Of a stretch of DNA of 64,000 bases, positions 13,599 to 26,635 are shown in pieces (within the stretch, counting starts at the first letter, position 1; each line of letters begins with the position of its first letter). The position numbers were made by a program, and so were the translations under genes. The stretch covers positions 1-64,000 of the forward strand of contig CAJNYD010000073.1 in the NCBI GenBank assembly GCA_905331295.1, written 5' to 3'. Source of the DNA: Rotaria socialis. Lineage: Eukaryota. A model generated the notes under the pieces. That model had not been told where the DNA came from. It saw only the letters and a list, made by a program, of their open reading frames with translations, and made no database searches.

Positions 13599-14129
13599 GA
13601 GTAGCTGCCTATTTCGACTTATATTTTAAATGGAACTTTCAAAAAAAACCATCAGCTTCATGTAATGGATAGGAACAGATATAGTTTTCCTCTTAGCCAT
13701 ACTCCTAGATATATTTATATATAATTCATATAAATAGAGATACACTGTCCTGTTAGATTTAGGAATAGATTTAGTTTTACTTATATATAATTCATATAAA
13801 TAGTTAGACAGTACGTACTCAGTATTCGGTATAAAACTCGACCGAAGGTATTTGAGGATGGGGAATCCGAATCCGACGTCACTGTTTAGTTTTTGCAATT
13901 AGTACTGTGAGTGGTGTTTCTAGAATACTTGATCAAAAATTAGTGGAAGCCAGATACCGGAACCTACGATGAATTTATGTTATTAATGCAGCATTTGTCA
14001 GAAGTTGGAAGATTTTCTGATCTTGTCAAAGGTTTGGAAAAAGTTCACTCGAGTGAAATCAGGTGGAGATTGCAGTCTATTATTACTTAGTATTACTAAT
14101 GTAAATATAGAAGCATTTAATAACTTTTA

Positions 14130-14667
14130 CTAAATGCCCGTTCTGAATTAAAAAAAATATAGAATGCTGAGATGTCGATAGTAGTTAATTGTATAAATAG
14201 ATATCATACGTAGAAATAAACGATTCGTAGTTATTATTGCCAAAAGGAAATTCAAGTGAAACTTCGTACCTGACAATAAGACGGAGCTTCTTCCCGATCT
14301 TTTACCGATTGTTCCAAACGTGCCTTTACTTCTTACTGATAACATCGCCTGCGAACTAACGCTCTCGAACGGGACTCAAGGAGTTTTTCGCGAGATCGTA
14401 TAGGGTGATCATGAGAATCCGATTGCTTTCAAGGTCAACAGTGAGCGTTTAGCTCGAATATGATCTACGTCAGTAAACCGTTATACGCACTCGTGCAAAT
14501 CCAGACATCACCGTTGGAAACAAGCCTGGATGGTCTTCGGCCCACACTGATGCATATCGCACTGTTGACAAAAGCAATTTACTGTTGTTATCTAGCAGCT
14601 AATTGGCCAGTTGTTTGAAGGCGGACTAGGAAAGAGAAAAGTTCCGGAAAGGTTTCAAGTTACAACA
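14130..14667 (+). pseudogene. Helitron-type PIF1 helicase C-terminal remnant
   Basis: Manual translation gives VPDNKTELLPDLLPIVPNVPLLLTDNIACELTLSNGTQGVFREIV* then IYVSKPLYALVQI. This matches the PIF1 'PG.L.L..GMPV.L..N...GL.NG..G' segment, with stops and frameshifts. Confidence 0.7.
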
Positions 14668-14815
14668 GTGTGGGTGAGTGTGTGAGGGAGAGGGTTAGGA
14701 TTGGAAAGTGTGAAAAAGCGACGCCCTAACGTTCACACCCTCGTCCTTACCTTCATTCTCACTCCCACCCTCATTCTCACCGTCACCGTCACCGTCACCA
14801 TCATCCTCACCCTCA
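14668..14815. repeat. Telomere-type inverted repeat element with TGTGGG/TGAGGG variants
   Basis: gtgtgggtgagtgtgtgagggagagggttagg ... cactcccaccctcattctcaccgtcaccgtcaccgtcaccatcatcctcaccctca. Confidence 0.75.
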
Positions 14816-16867
14816 GCACCGCTGATTGTCTCAGTCGCTTCGCATGACTACCTGTAACACGAATTGATGATGGACGTCACTGTGTACACAGAGACGAGCT
14901 TGGGTCGCGGCGCTGCGCCCCCCCCCCGCCCCGCCGCGCCGCTGAAAATAAAGGGTATGTTGCGTGACCAAAGATTTTTATGAATTGAAGTCGAATCCAT
15001 TCCGTTTCAGTGAGTAATTTTGACCTAATAGATGGAGGCAGAGAAAAAGAGGCACAAAAAAACGACGTATAGGAAAGAACGTATACAATTAGACGAATAC
15101 ATTCAAAGTACTGAAAGGAGAGTTTTTTAAACAAAATGATTCCATTTGAAATTGAGCTGTACTTCTAGTTTCTCTGAGAAATACCTTGCAGTCTTTTACG
15201 ATGGCGTCCCGTAGAAATCAAAAAACTTATGAAATGGATATGTAAGTAAAACTAAATTTATTCCTTACATCTACAGGACAGTGTTTTGGTAGCAGTGCTA
15301 TTTCAAACTATCAGATCCTCAACAGTCCATCGTGGGCATATGTTTATTTCTAATATAAATTGTACAGAATATATAAATCAGTAGATATTTATAGCATAAC
15401 TTTTTCATATAAAGATCCTTTTGAGAATAACAGCTACAATCATTTTTAGCACATCGAATCATGTATGTCTGACTATGATACCGATTATACAATTCACTAC
15501 TATCGATATTTTAGCCTTCAACATTTTTCTTTCAGAAGGGGCATTTAGCAAAGTTAATTAAATGCTCCTATAACTACATTAGTCATACTGACTAATAATA
15601 GATTACAATTCTCCATCTGATTTTCCTACAGTGGTATTTTCGAAACCTTTGAAGAAATAAGTCAATTTTACTATTTGTAACCAATGCAACATTATTACCG
15701 AAATTCATCATAGGCTCTGCTCTTTTTCCTTGACTAATTTTTGATCGAGTATTCCAGAAAAACTGCTACCAGTACTAATTGCAAAGATAAATATCGATCT
15801 TGGATTCTGCATGCTCGAAAGCCTTCGGTCGATTTTAATAATAAATATTAATAATTAATAATCAGTTAATTATTAATTAATTCATTAAAACTGACCTCGG
15901 ATTCCCCATCCTCAAATACCTTTGATGGAGTTTTATACCAAATACTGAGTACGTATTGCCTAACTATTTATATGAATTATATATAAGTAAAACTAAATCT
16001 ATTCCTAAATCGAACAGGACAGTGTATGTCTATTTATATAAATTATATATATTTAAGTAAATCTAATTCTATGGCTATGGATATTAGATATAGATATATT
16101 TATGTCTATTTATTTTCGAATTAAGACGAGTTAGTTGAAGCTCCATTTATAATATAAGTCTTAGCGAGCAACTCATGTTTTTTTTTCATATTTAGATCAA
16201 ATATTAAGATGAAAATCAATAACTAGTGACGATAGATAAAAATTATTCATTTATCTTATTCAAATCAACTTCAATAATACAATGAACAGTAAGTATCTTT
16301 TGATAAAACTTATCTTTTTGATTTAGATCAATATCAAGACCAATAGGAACATTAGCTATTTGTTGAAAAATATTATATATTTTTGCTTGGGTTTATATGA
16401 ACAGCATAATGAATAGCCATGTATTTATTTGATAAAAATTATTTTTCGCTATCTACATCAATATTAAGATCAAGATAAACAGTGAGTGAGTATGCATGGA
16501 TAAAAAAAATTATTTCTAATCATTTACGTTAAATGGAAACAAAAAGTATTGAGACATTTCCAATTATTCCTATCCAGTCGAATAGTTGCGAAAGAATTGT
16601 TAGTCCATTATATTTTTATCTAAGGGTTACTTTGCCTATAGATGAGCCAGAATTCTTTTTTTCACATATAATGGTTCGCATAATGAAGGAATAGTAAATC
16701 TCAAAGGGACAAGTTTTGTTTACAGAAAATTCAGACGTTTGAGAGTATCGTGAGTATCCAAATTGAGCGTAATATGATAGTGTTTTTAGTTGTTCAATCC
16801 TTTCATTCATGCAAATTGACAACGATTAAGATGTACTTCATCAGATAATGAATATACTTGTACTTCG

Positions 16868-17396
16868 TATTCGTTCTCTTCTTGCTACAGCGATATCTTT
16901 TTTTTTGTTACAACATCTCAGCCTTAATTCAGCATATAGTTATATTTTACTTTCGTATAGGTAAGATCTAGCTCTTTTCTTACTCTCCACCGTTAGTTTC
17001 TAAAGGAGACAGTTACCCCGAAAGAAAACTATGCATATATATATATATTATTCAAATGCATTTTTGATTAATTAGTAATTTAAATCTGTTATTTCTATAC
17101 ATTCTATGTCGCTGCACGTCACTAGCATTCAAGATATGATCCAAAATGTGGTTATTAAACTATGTAGGCAAGATAACACGGAAGATTGAAAGTACTACAT
17201 TACTGAAAGTGTATTTGAATAATATATATATACAAGTTTCTTTCTGGGTAATTGTCTTCTTTAGAAATTAAGAGTGGATAACAAAAATAGAGCCAGATCT
17301 TACTGTTACGATAGTAAAATATAACTGCGTGCTGAATTAAGTTTAAGAAGTTGTAGCAAAAAGGAGTCTATATCACTGTAGGAAGAAAAGAAATAC
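16868..17396. mobile_element. Palindromic MITE with ~190-bp imperfect TIRs
   Basis: ttaattcagcatatagttatattttactttcgta pairs with tacgatagtaaaatataactgcgtgctgaattaa, and tttctaaaggagacagttacc pairs with ggtaattgtcttctttagaaa. Confidence 0.75.
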
Positions 17397-18047
17397 AGAT
17401 AATCGTTATATATAAAATATAACAAATAAACGCATAAAATAAAATTTTCGAAAATAGCCAAAAAAAATTGCATATAATTTGATGTTTCATTTATGTTTTC
17501 AATGCGTTTAAACGCTCAAAAATTTTTCACTATTTTTGAAAAAAAAAGTGATCGTTTTTTGCCATTAAAAATTTAGATGCCAAAAATCTGTACGAAGGGA
17601 ACAAACTATATAGTAAATCAGGCACAATATTTTTAATACCAAATTAGTACAAAAAGTGACATGCTTGTCTGCTCGGGATATGATTAGAAAGAATATTAAA
17701 AACTGAACAAAATAATATGTTACTTTTTCCAAAATGATTTGTTTTAGTAGGATAATCAATTTTATTAGTATATTATAATGTTATTTTAATATAGTTGAAG
17801 TATATAACAGAGCTTTAAGATTTACAGTTCACTATAGAAAACATTAGTCGAATTGTACCTCAAACTATCCTAATTCTAGACAATTTTATAAAAAAAAATT
17901 TCATTAAGAATCTAATTATTTCAATAGAACTTAAATAATTCATACTATAATTTTTCATATCGAAATTGATCTAATACAATTTTTTTACTTTTCGTTTTTA
18001 TTTATTCTTTAGATCTGTATCATGTTAAAATACAAACATAAATTAGA

Positions 18048-19433
18048 CTATGGTATAACGCGATCATCTATTTGATTTTTTAAATGATCAATAAATATAT
18101 GATATGGACAAAAATAATCATTTATCCATGGTATAATTTGTTCTTTGTCATCAAATGTTAAATGAACAAATATTTGTGTTGGATCATCAATAGAAGAATA
18201 TAATTTAATTAAAATATAACTAGCATATGATGGCCAAATCATATCAAATAAATCAAAAGCTAGTTTCATTGATGCTATTGATGTATCATGTGTAGCATAA
18301 ACATAAAATTTATAACAAGTTTCATCATTCTTTTTTGTTAATAGATCATTTTGTAAACGATCAAAATTTTCTTTAATTAAATTAAGCATTAATCCAACTG
18401 TTGTTTTAACAAATAATTCTTTTGTTAATGTTGATTGTTCATGAGTACCTGTTAAAAAATATTCTTGTGCTGAATATTCATCAAATTTCATTGATAATTG
18501 TTTTAATCTATTTGGAACAGGAAAACCATGAGCTAAATAAAAAAAAAATCAATTGTTAATTAAGACAAGATTTCATTAAATAAAATTTATCAATATGACG
18601 AGAGAGAGGGAGAGAATTTTTTTTGTTTTTGACAAAAAACAAAACACTTTAGTTGATATTTTAGAAAATGATTAGAAGACTTTTTAATGAATTGTTCTAT
18701 GATTGATTAGATAGATAGCATTACCTTCTCTTGATTTAATATCATCATATAATTCAATAAAACCATGTTCATATTCAATAAGATTGATATGATCTAAAAA
18801 ATCTTTTCTTGCCTTTTTTAATTCATCTTCAATGTCTAATAAATTATGTAATTGATTTGGTTTTAAACGTTTTTCTAATAATGGATAAATACGAGGATTT
18901 GGATATAATATTTCATGAATCCAACTATGAATTTCAATTTCAAATGGACAATTAGCTTGAATAGTTTGATTATTATCATCATCAGCAAATAAACCTGCTA
19001 GAAAGCATCGAGCTGAATGAATTGTTCGATCGATATATGTTGATCGAGCATAAATTAAATGTGGATCATAAATTTTTGGTAATAATTTTTCTTTAATAAT
19101 TAAATTTTGACGAATCTTTTTTCCAACATCATAAACTTGTTTTTCACCAATTGCTGTTAATTGACCACAATATGCTATACCTCCATTTAATTTTCGAACA
19201 TTATCTTTACCAATAAACGCATGTTCAGATATTGTTTTTTCTCCATCTTTTAATAACATTTTTATTTGATAATCAGCTGGTTTATATCGATCTAAATGTA
19301 ATTCTTTATCATATATCACTTCATCAAGATTTGGTAACATATTCAATGGAGTTCGTGCGCCATGTCGAAAAAATATTTGTGCACCAATTAATTTCAATTT
19401 ATCACGATTATCTTCAGTTAATGTTGACGGCAT
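18048..19433 (-). CDS. ACP6: Histidine acid phosphatase, lysophosphatidic acid phosphatase type 6-like; exons 19433-18725 and 18532-18048
   Basis: RHGARTP, GQLT, RST..RT..SA and ATHD motifs. A phase-1 GT-AG intron at 18533-18724 joins IKSRE-A-HGFPVP. Confidence 0.88.
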
Positions 19434-22400
19434 TATCTTTATTGATCTAAAAAAAACAAAAACAAAAGTGTCATAGTTCCCTATTCATAGAACACTTGTA
19501 ATTATTAATATGATTGATACATCATGTTGTATTGCATTAAGAATAATATAATGATTTTTTAATCAAATTTAGAAAATCAGAAAGAAAAATTAACGAAATT
19601 AAATGACATGAAAATTTTAGCGAAAAATGTTTTCATATCATAAAAAGACGTGAGCGAATAGCAACAATGCAAACAAAAAAAAGGGCGTCTGTAGAAAAAA
19701 TAAAAAAATTCTATTCGAAATACAAAAATAAATAAGACACATCTTTACTTTGGTGATCGATTATCTTCGAATGCAACTATAATCTATGAAGGAATTTTGA
19801 GTTTACCTATTTTGTATTAGTTTAATAAGGCTAAGGAATATATGTGAGTTCTACATTTCAGTCCCAAAGGAGCTGCGTTAACAAGGTTTTCTTGTAAATT
19901 GCCAACAACTTTCTAATATCTTATCTATTTTAACATTGTCTACAAGTTTTTCTTCATTTTCTATTGTAACTATTACATTAAAAAGAAAATAGAAATGATA
20001 ATACTCATTTATTAAAAAGTTACTTTCTCGAAACTCTTTCATTATTTATACGAATTATCGATATTTTTTTTATTTCATTATATTTGAATTTCAATCAAAA
20101 GTGATCTACGAACAACAAGATGACAATAATAAAAGCATAAAATCAGCATTTTGTTAGAATTTATTCTTAAGCTGATGATTATACTTTTGTCAAAGAAATT
20201 AAGAAAATGAGATTTTAAAAGATCAATTAATCATTTTATATCAATATTTGATCAAGCTAACTTCTAATAAAAATCAATACATATAACATACCTGAATCAA
20301 TAATTGTTTGTACCTATATAGAGCAAGATAAAATTTTCCTTTGTACTAATTTCTAGTCAAGATATGGCATATATATATATATATATATATAGTAGCTATG
20401 AGTCATTTGTCACTGATTCATGACGGGAAGGAAAAAAAAGAAAGTATCTGTGTAAAGCGACAACAATATTATTAGTGATCATGGCCAAAAAAAGCATCAC
20501 TACAAAAGACACACTCATGGACATGGTACTTCCGTAGCAATAATGATCACATTAAATATTTTTATTTTTATTCTTTGATCTACCATCTGGTGCGAACGAA
20601 TGACTCATTGCATCCTCACTGGAATGAATCCATTTATGCACTTATTTCGGATCATCTCTAAATTGTCTCAGTTAAAATGGTGATTTCACAGAAAAATTAT
20701 TACATATTTCTATCATATTTTTATCATGGCTATTTTTATCTTCTCGATTTTCTGGATGTAACAAAATAACCCCATCTGTATTAAAAGAAAACTCGAGATC
20801 TTAGCCGAAAAAGTTGATGCGACTAGGACATACCGCTTCAGCACATTCACAAGTAGGGTGTCATTCAATTTCATCACAGATTTACGAACTCAAAGTGTTG
20901 AAAAGTTTCAAGTTCCCGTAATAGTATAACATTCTGACATCATCGAAAACAACTAGCACATAACGCCCTCTATCATTTTTTTTAATGAAAATGGTCAGCA
21001 AAATTTTTAGCCGAAATTATTAGTAGTATTATGCTGATTCTAAATATATACGAATCTTTTTATTTGCTTCATTTAAAAAAAAATGCTCACAGAGCGCATT
21101 TAGAAATAATCACTAAACAATAAGCGCAATTATTTCATCATGTAATATAATACTTGTTGGTTTAGGTCTTGTTTTCCTTTCATTTTCATAAGATGGGTAT
21201 CAGTTTAGATTATGAAACTGTTCATTTTGAATATAAGTATGCATCTTTTTGTGTATAATAAAAGCGTCTATTGGCAATAAAGTGGATTGTGTCGATAAAT
21301 TTATGAAAGTTTTATTGATTCTTATTATCTGAAAAGATAAAATTAGAGATTGATTTATGCTTTTAAGAATGCTTTTTCTTTTGAGAGATAGTTATAGAGA
21401 TCTGATGATAGAAGAAATTGATTGTTCTTATGAGATTATTATTTTGACCATTACTAGCTGCTTTCAAAAGTGAATAATCGATGATTTGATTTTACTTAAT
21501 ACAAGTTGTACATGATGATCATTTTATTAATTAGTTCTTATCAGCTAAGTTATGGTGTATTGACATATACAATATGACACTTACCCGTCGCCAGAACCAT
21601 TGGTCCATACGATCGAGAGAGTTCAGCATCTGCACGTCCGTCATCATTCTAAGATGCCATTTTGTGCAGTTCTGCTCCACGTTTTTTAATTTTACAAATC
21701 AATAAAAATTTGTTATTGACAGAAGTACGATTATTTTAGAAAAAAATAATCAAAATAATTTAAGAAAATTTTACCATTTTTTTTTGAGAAATATTTTGGC
21801 CATAAACAATTGCGATTAATTCTTTGAGTTTAAAAAATACTATTTTTAAGTGTAAAAACAATAATTATTTATACTGGAAAGAAACTAGATTGAGTACGTT
21901 AGTAAATTATTCTTCTTTTATTTTTATCGCTGAAAACAATGTCATAATTCAAGCAAAATTATAAAAATAAAGTTCACTAATTGTCATTTGAAATTGGAGA
22001 CACTCTCGTTTTGAAACAGAAAAATTAGATTGATCTCATTCATATCATAATTTGTTTATCAGTAATCAAGGATTATGAGCTTTATTTTCACCCTTATTAT
22101 CTCTCTTCTCGTTCCAAAATGAAGCAGCTTCTAGGACGATTGGGTTGCGTTTTTGTCTCATTGAGGAAGTTACTCAGAAAAGATTAGTAGGTTCTCCAAC
22201 ACAGAGATATGGTCAATATTTTTATATTAGCTTCAATCTACCCTTCAATTATAAATTAGCATTCGACCAGTGGAAAACAGGAATGTAAACATCGATTTCA
22301 AGTCATTCAGAAACGTTGATTGCTAACCAACGATTCACAACCTTCTGTCCAAATCTTAAAGAATAGTTTTTACTATACAGATGTTCGATTCAAGCCAAAA

Positions 22401-23130
22401 TAACTCCACGGAACTGTAAAAAAGTATTAATTATACATTGAATAATTCTTTTACTAATGTAGTAGTTTAAATAGATTCATAAATATATCTGATGATGATC
22501 TCTAATAACGATCGAAACGCGTCGTATAAATCTTCTGAATCTATGCCTTCTCTTTATTTAATATGAATACATTCTCGATCGTTGGAGAATATTGTTCAAT
22601 TATGATGGCATAATGCATGACGAAATGTAAGAGAGAAAATTAATATTGGATAGTGGTTCTATCGAATATATTTTAAATCGTATTGCAATAAAATGGTTCC
22701 TTAGTGAATCTTGTTTACAAAGTGTTCGTTATTACTACGTTGCTTACTCATATTATCTCTTTTAAACCAGTTGTCATTCTTTATTTTGATTGAGAGACTG
22801 GAAAGTTTTCAAAGTCAGCAGAATCTTCTCTACCCAGTTTTAAATAGTGCACTATTTTTAGAAACTAAAACCACCTTTGGGCAGAGAAATAGTCTCTCTA
22901 CGCTCTTTATATCGAAATGATTTTTTGATCATTTTAAAGTAAAAACAAGTTGCTAACGGCATAAGACAAAAGTTAAATTTGATATATCCAGTCATCCTTT
23001 CCTACTTTTTCCTTTATCTTTGCTTAATTTATGGTGAAAATTCCTAGGAATGAAAAGAAAAACAGGTAGAATAGAGTAATGTTATCATTTTTATTTTTCA
23101 GGAGACATATTATATATTTGTTTGAAAATG

Positions 23131-24868
23131 TTAATTATAAGGTAGTCCAAAGTATTCATTAATGGAATCATACTGATACTGTTGCGGTGGACTTTTTTTA
23201 CTAATTTCTTCAATTTCTCTCGTAGGATATAGCCAACTTTCTAAATCAGATTGTTGACCTAGACTTTCAATAGCATGCGCAGTTGCTTTTACCATTTTTT
23301 CAAGAGCAAATTTATTGATATTGGTTGTTTTATCGCATGATTGATGATAACATATATCTTGTCGAATTGATGCTATACCACTCAAATTTCTTCCAAGCAT
23401 TGCTGCATATCGATTAACCTGTTCTGTTGTTTTCATTGCATCTGCACCTGAAAAAAGACCCCCTGCAGCAATACCTGCAGCTAAAAATGGACCATAATCA
23501 CTACGCCCATCGAAATTGGTATAATCCCAAGGTAATTGATTTCTATCAAACCAATCTTGAAATAATGCTGTCATCTTATTACTCCCAGGTTTCGCAGTTG
23601 CTGGGGTTGTACTCGGAGCTGTTTTACCATCATAAATACCAAATATAAAATTTGGTGATCCCAACATGTCCAAATTAATATTGACCAAATAATCTGCTAT
23701 TCGCTCACCAACAACAGAAGATTTTATTGCTTCTGAAACGTAGTAATCAGCACCGATAAGACCTAGTTCTTCAGCGCCCCACCAACAAAATCGAATTCGA
23801 TACTTATAAGCAGGATAATTTGATGTTTGTAGAAGACTCGATAGGGCAGCAGCTAAAGCAAGATTAGCTGCGCTGCCACTGCCTGTCATAATAACAAGAA
23901 AGATACATGTAGTTTTGAATATGAAATGATTAATTGAACATACCATTATCATTAATACCTGGTCCAGCAGGAACACTATCACTATGGCTACCAATTACAA
24001 TTGTTTGAGTAGGATCCCCTGTTGTTGTATCAGCACAAATATTTCCTACTGGATTCAATTCATTATCAGTTACAATAGTAAGACGAACAGTTGCTACTTG
24101 TGATGGATCGTTTGCAGCAGTGGCAAGTGATTTACCAAGATCATATGAAAGAAAAAGCGCTGGAACACGATTATTTTGACCAAGATTGATTTTGGTAGGT
24201 CTCATGTTGTTCGGTGTTGTACCATCATTGTAGAGTAATAAAGCAGCTACGTTATATTTACTTGCTAGAGTACCCTTACTTTGAAAAGCACAACCACCCC
24301 GTTTAACAATGGCTACAAGACCAGCAGGCGCTGGACTTGCTGCAAGCCAATCATCATCAGAGCAACCTAAATTAGGAATAGCTGTAATAAGAATATCGCT
24401 ACTAATGTTAGCTGATGTTGTATATAGAGGATGATTAAATTCTCCTATAGCAGGATTAACGGAATAAATATGTGTTTTAACAACACCATTTACTGTTGAT
24501 GACAATGTTGGATTACGGAGAAGTTGAAAATTTCGCAAATTAAAAAATGTTTTTGTTATTTTAAATTTGGTATTTACTGAAAGGAAATTTGTAATGTAAT
24601 CAAGGGTACGATTAAAACCAATAGTTTCAACAGCTCGATTTCCGCTTGAAGCTGTTGCAATAGCCTGTAATTCATCAAGATGTTTCATAACATCATTAAT
24701 TTGAATTGAAGATGCGTATCGAACATCAGATAATTGTCTGGAAACATCAATTTGATCATTATTGACAGTCATTCCAGTTACTGAAGTGGTTAAATTAATA
24801 AATATTAAAATAATCCCAACGAATTGAATTGATCGTATCATCATGAAAGTACTCATGAAATGGCCCAC
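23131..24868 (-). CDS. Secreted PA-domain M28 aminopeptidase (aminopeptidase Y/LAP2/SGAP-like); exons 24868-23944 and 23882-23131
   Basis: Hydrophobic N-terminus, PA domain (VKRGGCAF), GSHSDSV, GINDNGSGS, WGAEELGL, NLDM, RSDY and CYH. A 61-nt GT-AG intron lies at 23883-23943. The exact start Met is uncertain. Confidence 0.92.
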
Positions 24869-26635
24869 CAGAAAAATGCTTATCTGAGTTCGAAATATCT
24901 TTATTCAATGGCCTATATAGACGATGAAAATTATTTATTACTATTATTATCCGTTATATTGACTTGCATAAGTAGAATTTTATTCTTATCAATTTATAGG
25001 GCCCTTAAAAATGAAAAAAACAATCATCAATATAGTTGAGTATCTTACAACAGAAATATAATGCCGCATGATTAAGATCTTCAATCATAAAAACAGGAAC
25101 GCTTCTCTGAATTTGCTCTTCTCGTTTTAGAAACACATCAAGTTTTATATTCGTTCATTGATGAAATTTGTTTATGTATTTTTATGTATTTTGTTATCGA
25201 GGAAAAAAATGAAAGAACCTGAGAGTGTATTGATTGAATAATATTTTAGAATATCCAGTTACTTAAGATATCTATGCCATCAAAATTTTAAATTTCAAAA
25301 CGATAGTCGAAAAAGTGAAAATTATCCTTGTTTTTCTTTAGTATTGACTATTAATGAACCATCACAGAAATCTAATTTGTTAATTGTCCTAAAATCAAAG
25401 TCAGACGTTAATAAAATGTCATTTTTTTCCTGCAGAACATTGAATCTCTTTGAACAGATTTATCATGCTTGTAATTCAATCAGAGTGTGATCGAGAAATG
25501 TTTCTTCGGGTACTCACACACCCACCCTCACATCATTATTAACCGTTTATGCGTAAGCAACGAATATCAACGGCACGAAAAAAATGAAAGATATTCTCAT
25601 GCTATCTTTAATGGAAAGAATCCATGTAAAGTGAACTTGAGAAAAAATAGATACCAAGGCAATATGGTAGTGCTTATCTGGTTGTTACATAGAATTCGAT
25701 TGATGACATAATATTAAGATACATCGTAATGCAAAAAACATGCTTGCAAAGTACTCTATATTACAGACTAACGACTAAAACAATGATGACATGGCTAATG
25801 TATTTCATTTTTGAATTCATTTAAGGAAATAAACAGAACTTTTCTTCGTTGTTATATTTTTTTCATACGTATTAATATTGTTGCTGTATTGTTATATACT
25901 CTCTACAATTGTTTTTGTTATTCTCATTATTGATATATGTGAAAATCTCATGGTGCTGATGTACATTAAACGCTTTTTTGTTATTCAGATAGAAAATTGT
26001 CTGTTTTATTTATTGATAAAAACATAAACAGTACTTTCTCAACTGAATTATAAGATAAATTTTTCTTAGATTATGAAAGATCTATGCATATATATTTATG
26101 CTCAATATATTATATACATTAATGAAATTATCAGGAATTTTTATTTAACATAAATATAGATTCTTAAAAAACTTATATTGATTCTAAAATAGTGGAAAAA
26201 CAAGATCCCTATTTATAATATTGAAGAGTGTAGTAGTCTTCTTTCACTCACATCCACACTAATTGCAGAAGAAGAGTAGTAAATGCAAGAAAGATATGTG
26301 AGGATATAGTGTTATATTTTGCGTGCGCCTATGAATTGGCATATCGATCCTTGCTTTTTTTCTAACATACCACAATATTTTCAAGCATACGATCTTGGTG
26401 CAACAATTATAAGCTACGTATATAACATTTGATTTTCTAGAAAGTCGTTAAAAGTCACTGGAGGAGACTCGTAGCGGAGCAGAAACACATCATGGTTACT
26501 TGAACCTCACACTCTCATCCCTTGTGCTTATTGTAGCTAACATGTGTCACCAGGTTCGAGAAAGGAAGCAGTAACAAGTCATCATTTGTTTATTGCTTAT
26601 TGCATAGAATTATTAGATCACACTTATTTCTTCAA

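Larger units (their letters stand above)
13596..16176. mobile_element. Region bounded by ~270-bp inverted repeats (13596-13870 / 15897-16176): a long-TIR foldback-like element, or two inverted copies of a dispersed repeat
   Basis: gaaggtatttgaggatggggaatccga pairs with tcggattccccatcctcaaatacctt, and gatttagttttacttatatataattcatataaatagttag pairs with its reverse complement. A third partial copy lies at ~15240-15285. Confidence 0.7.
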
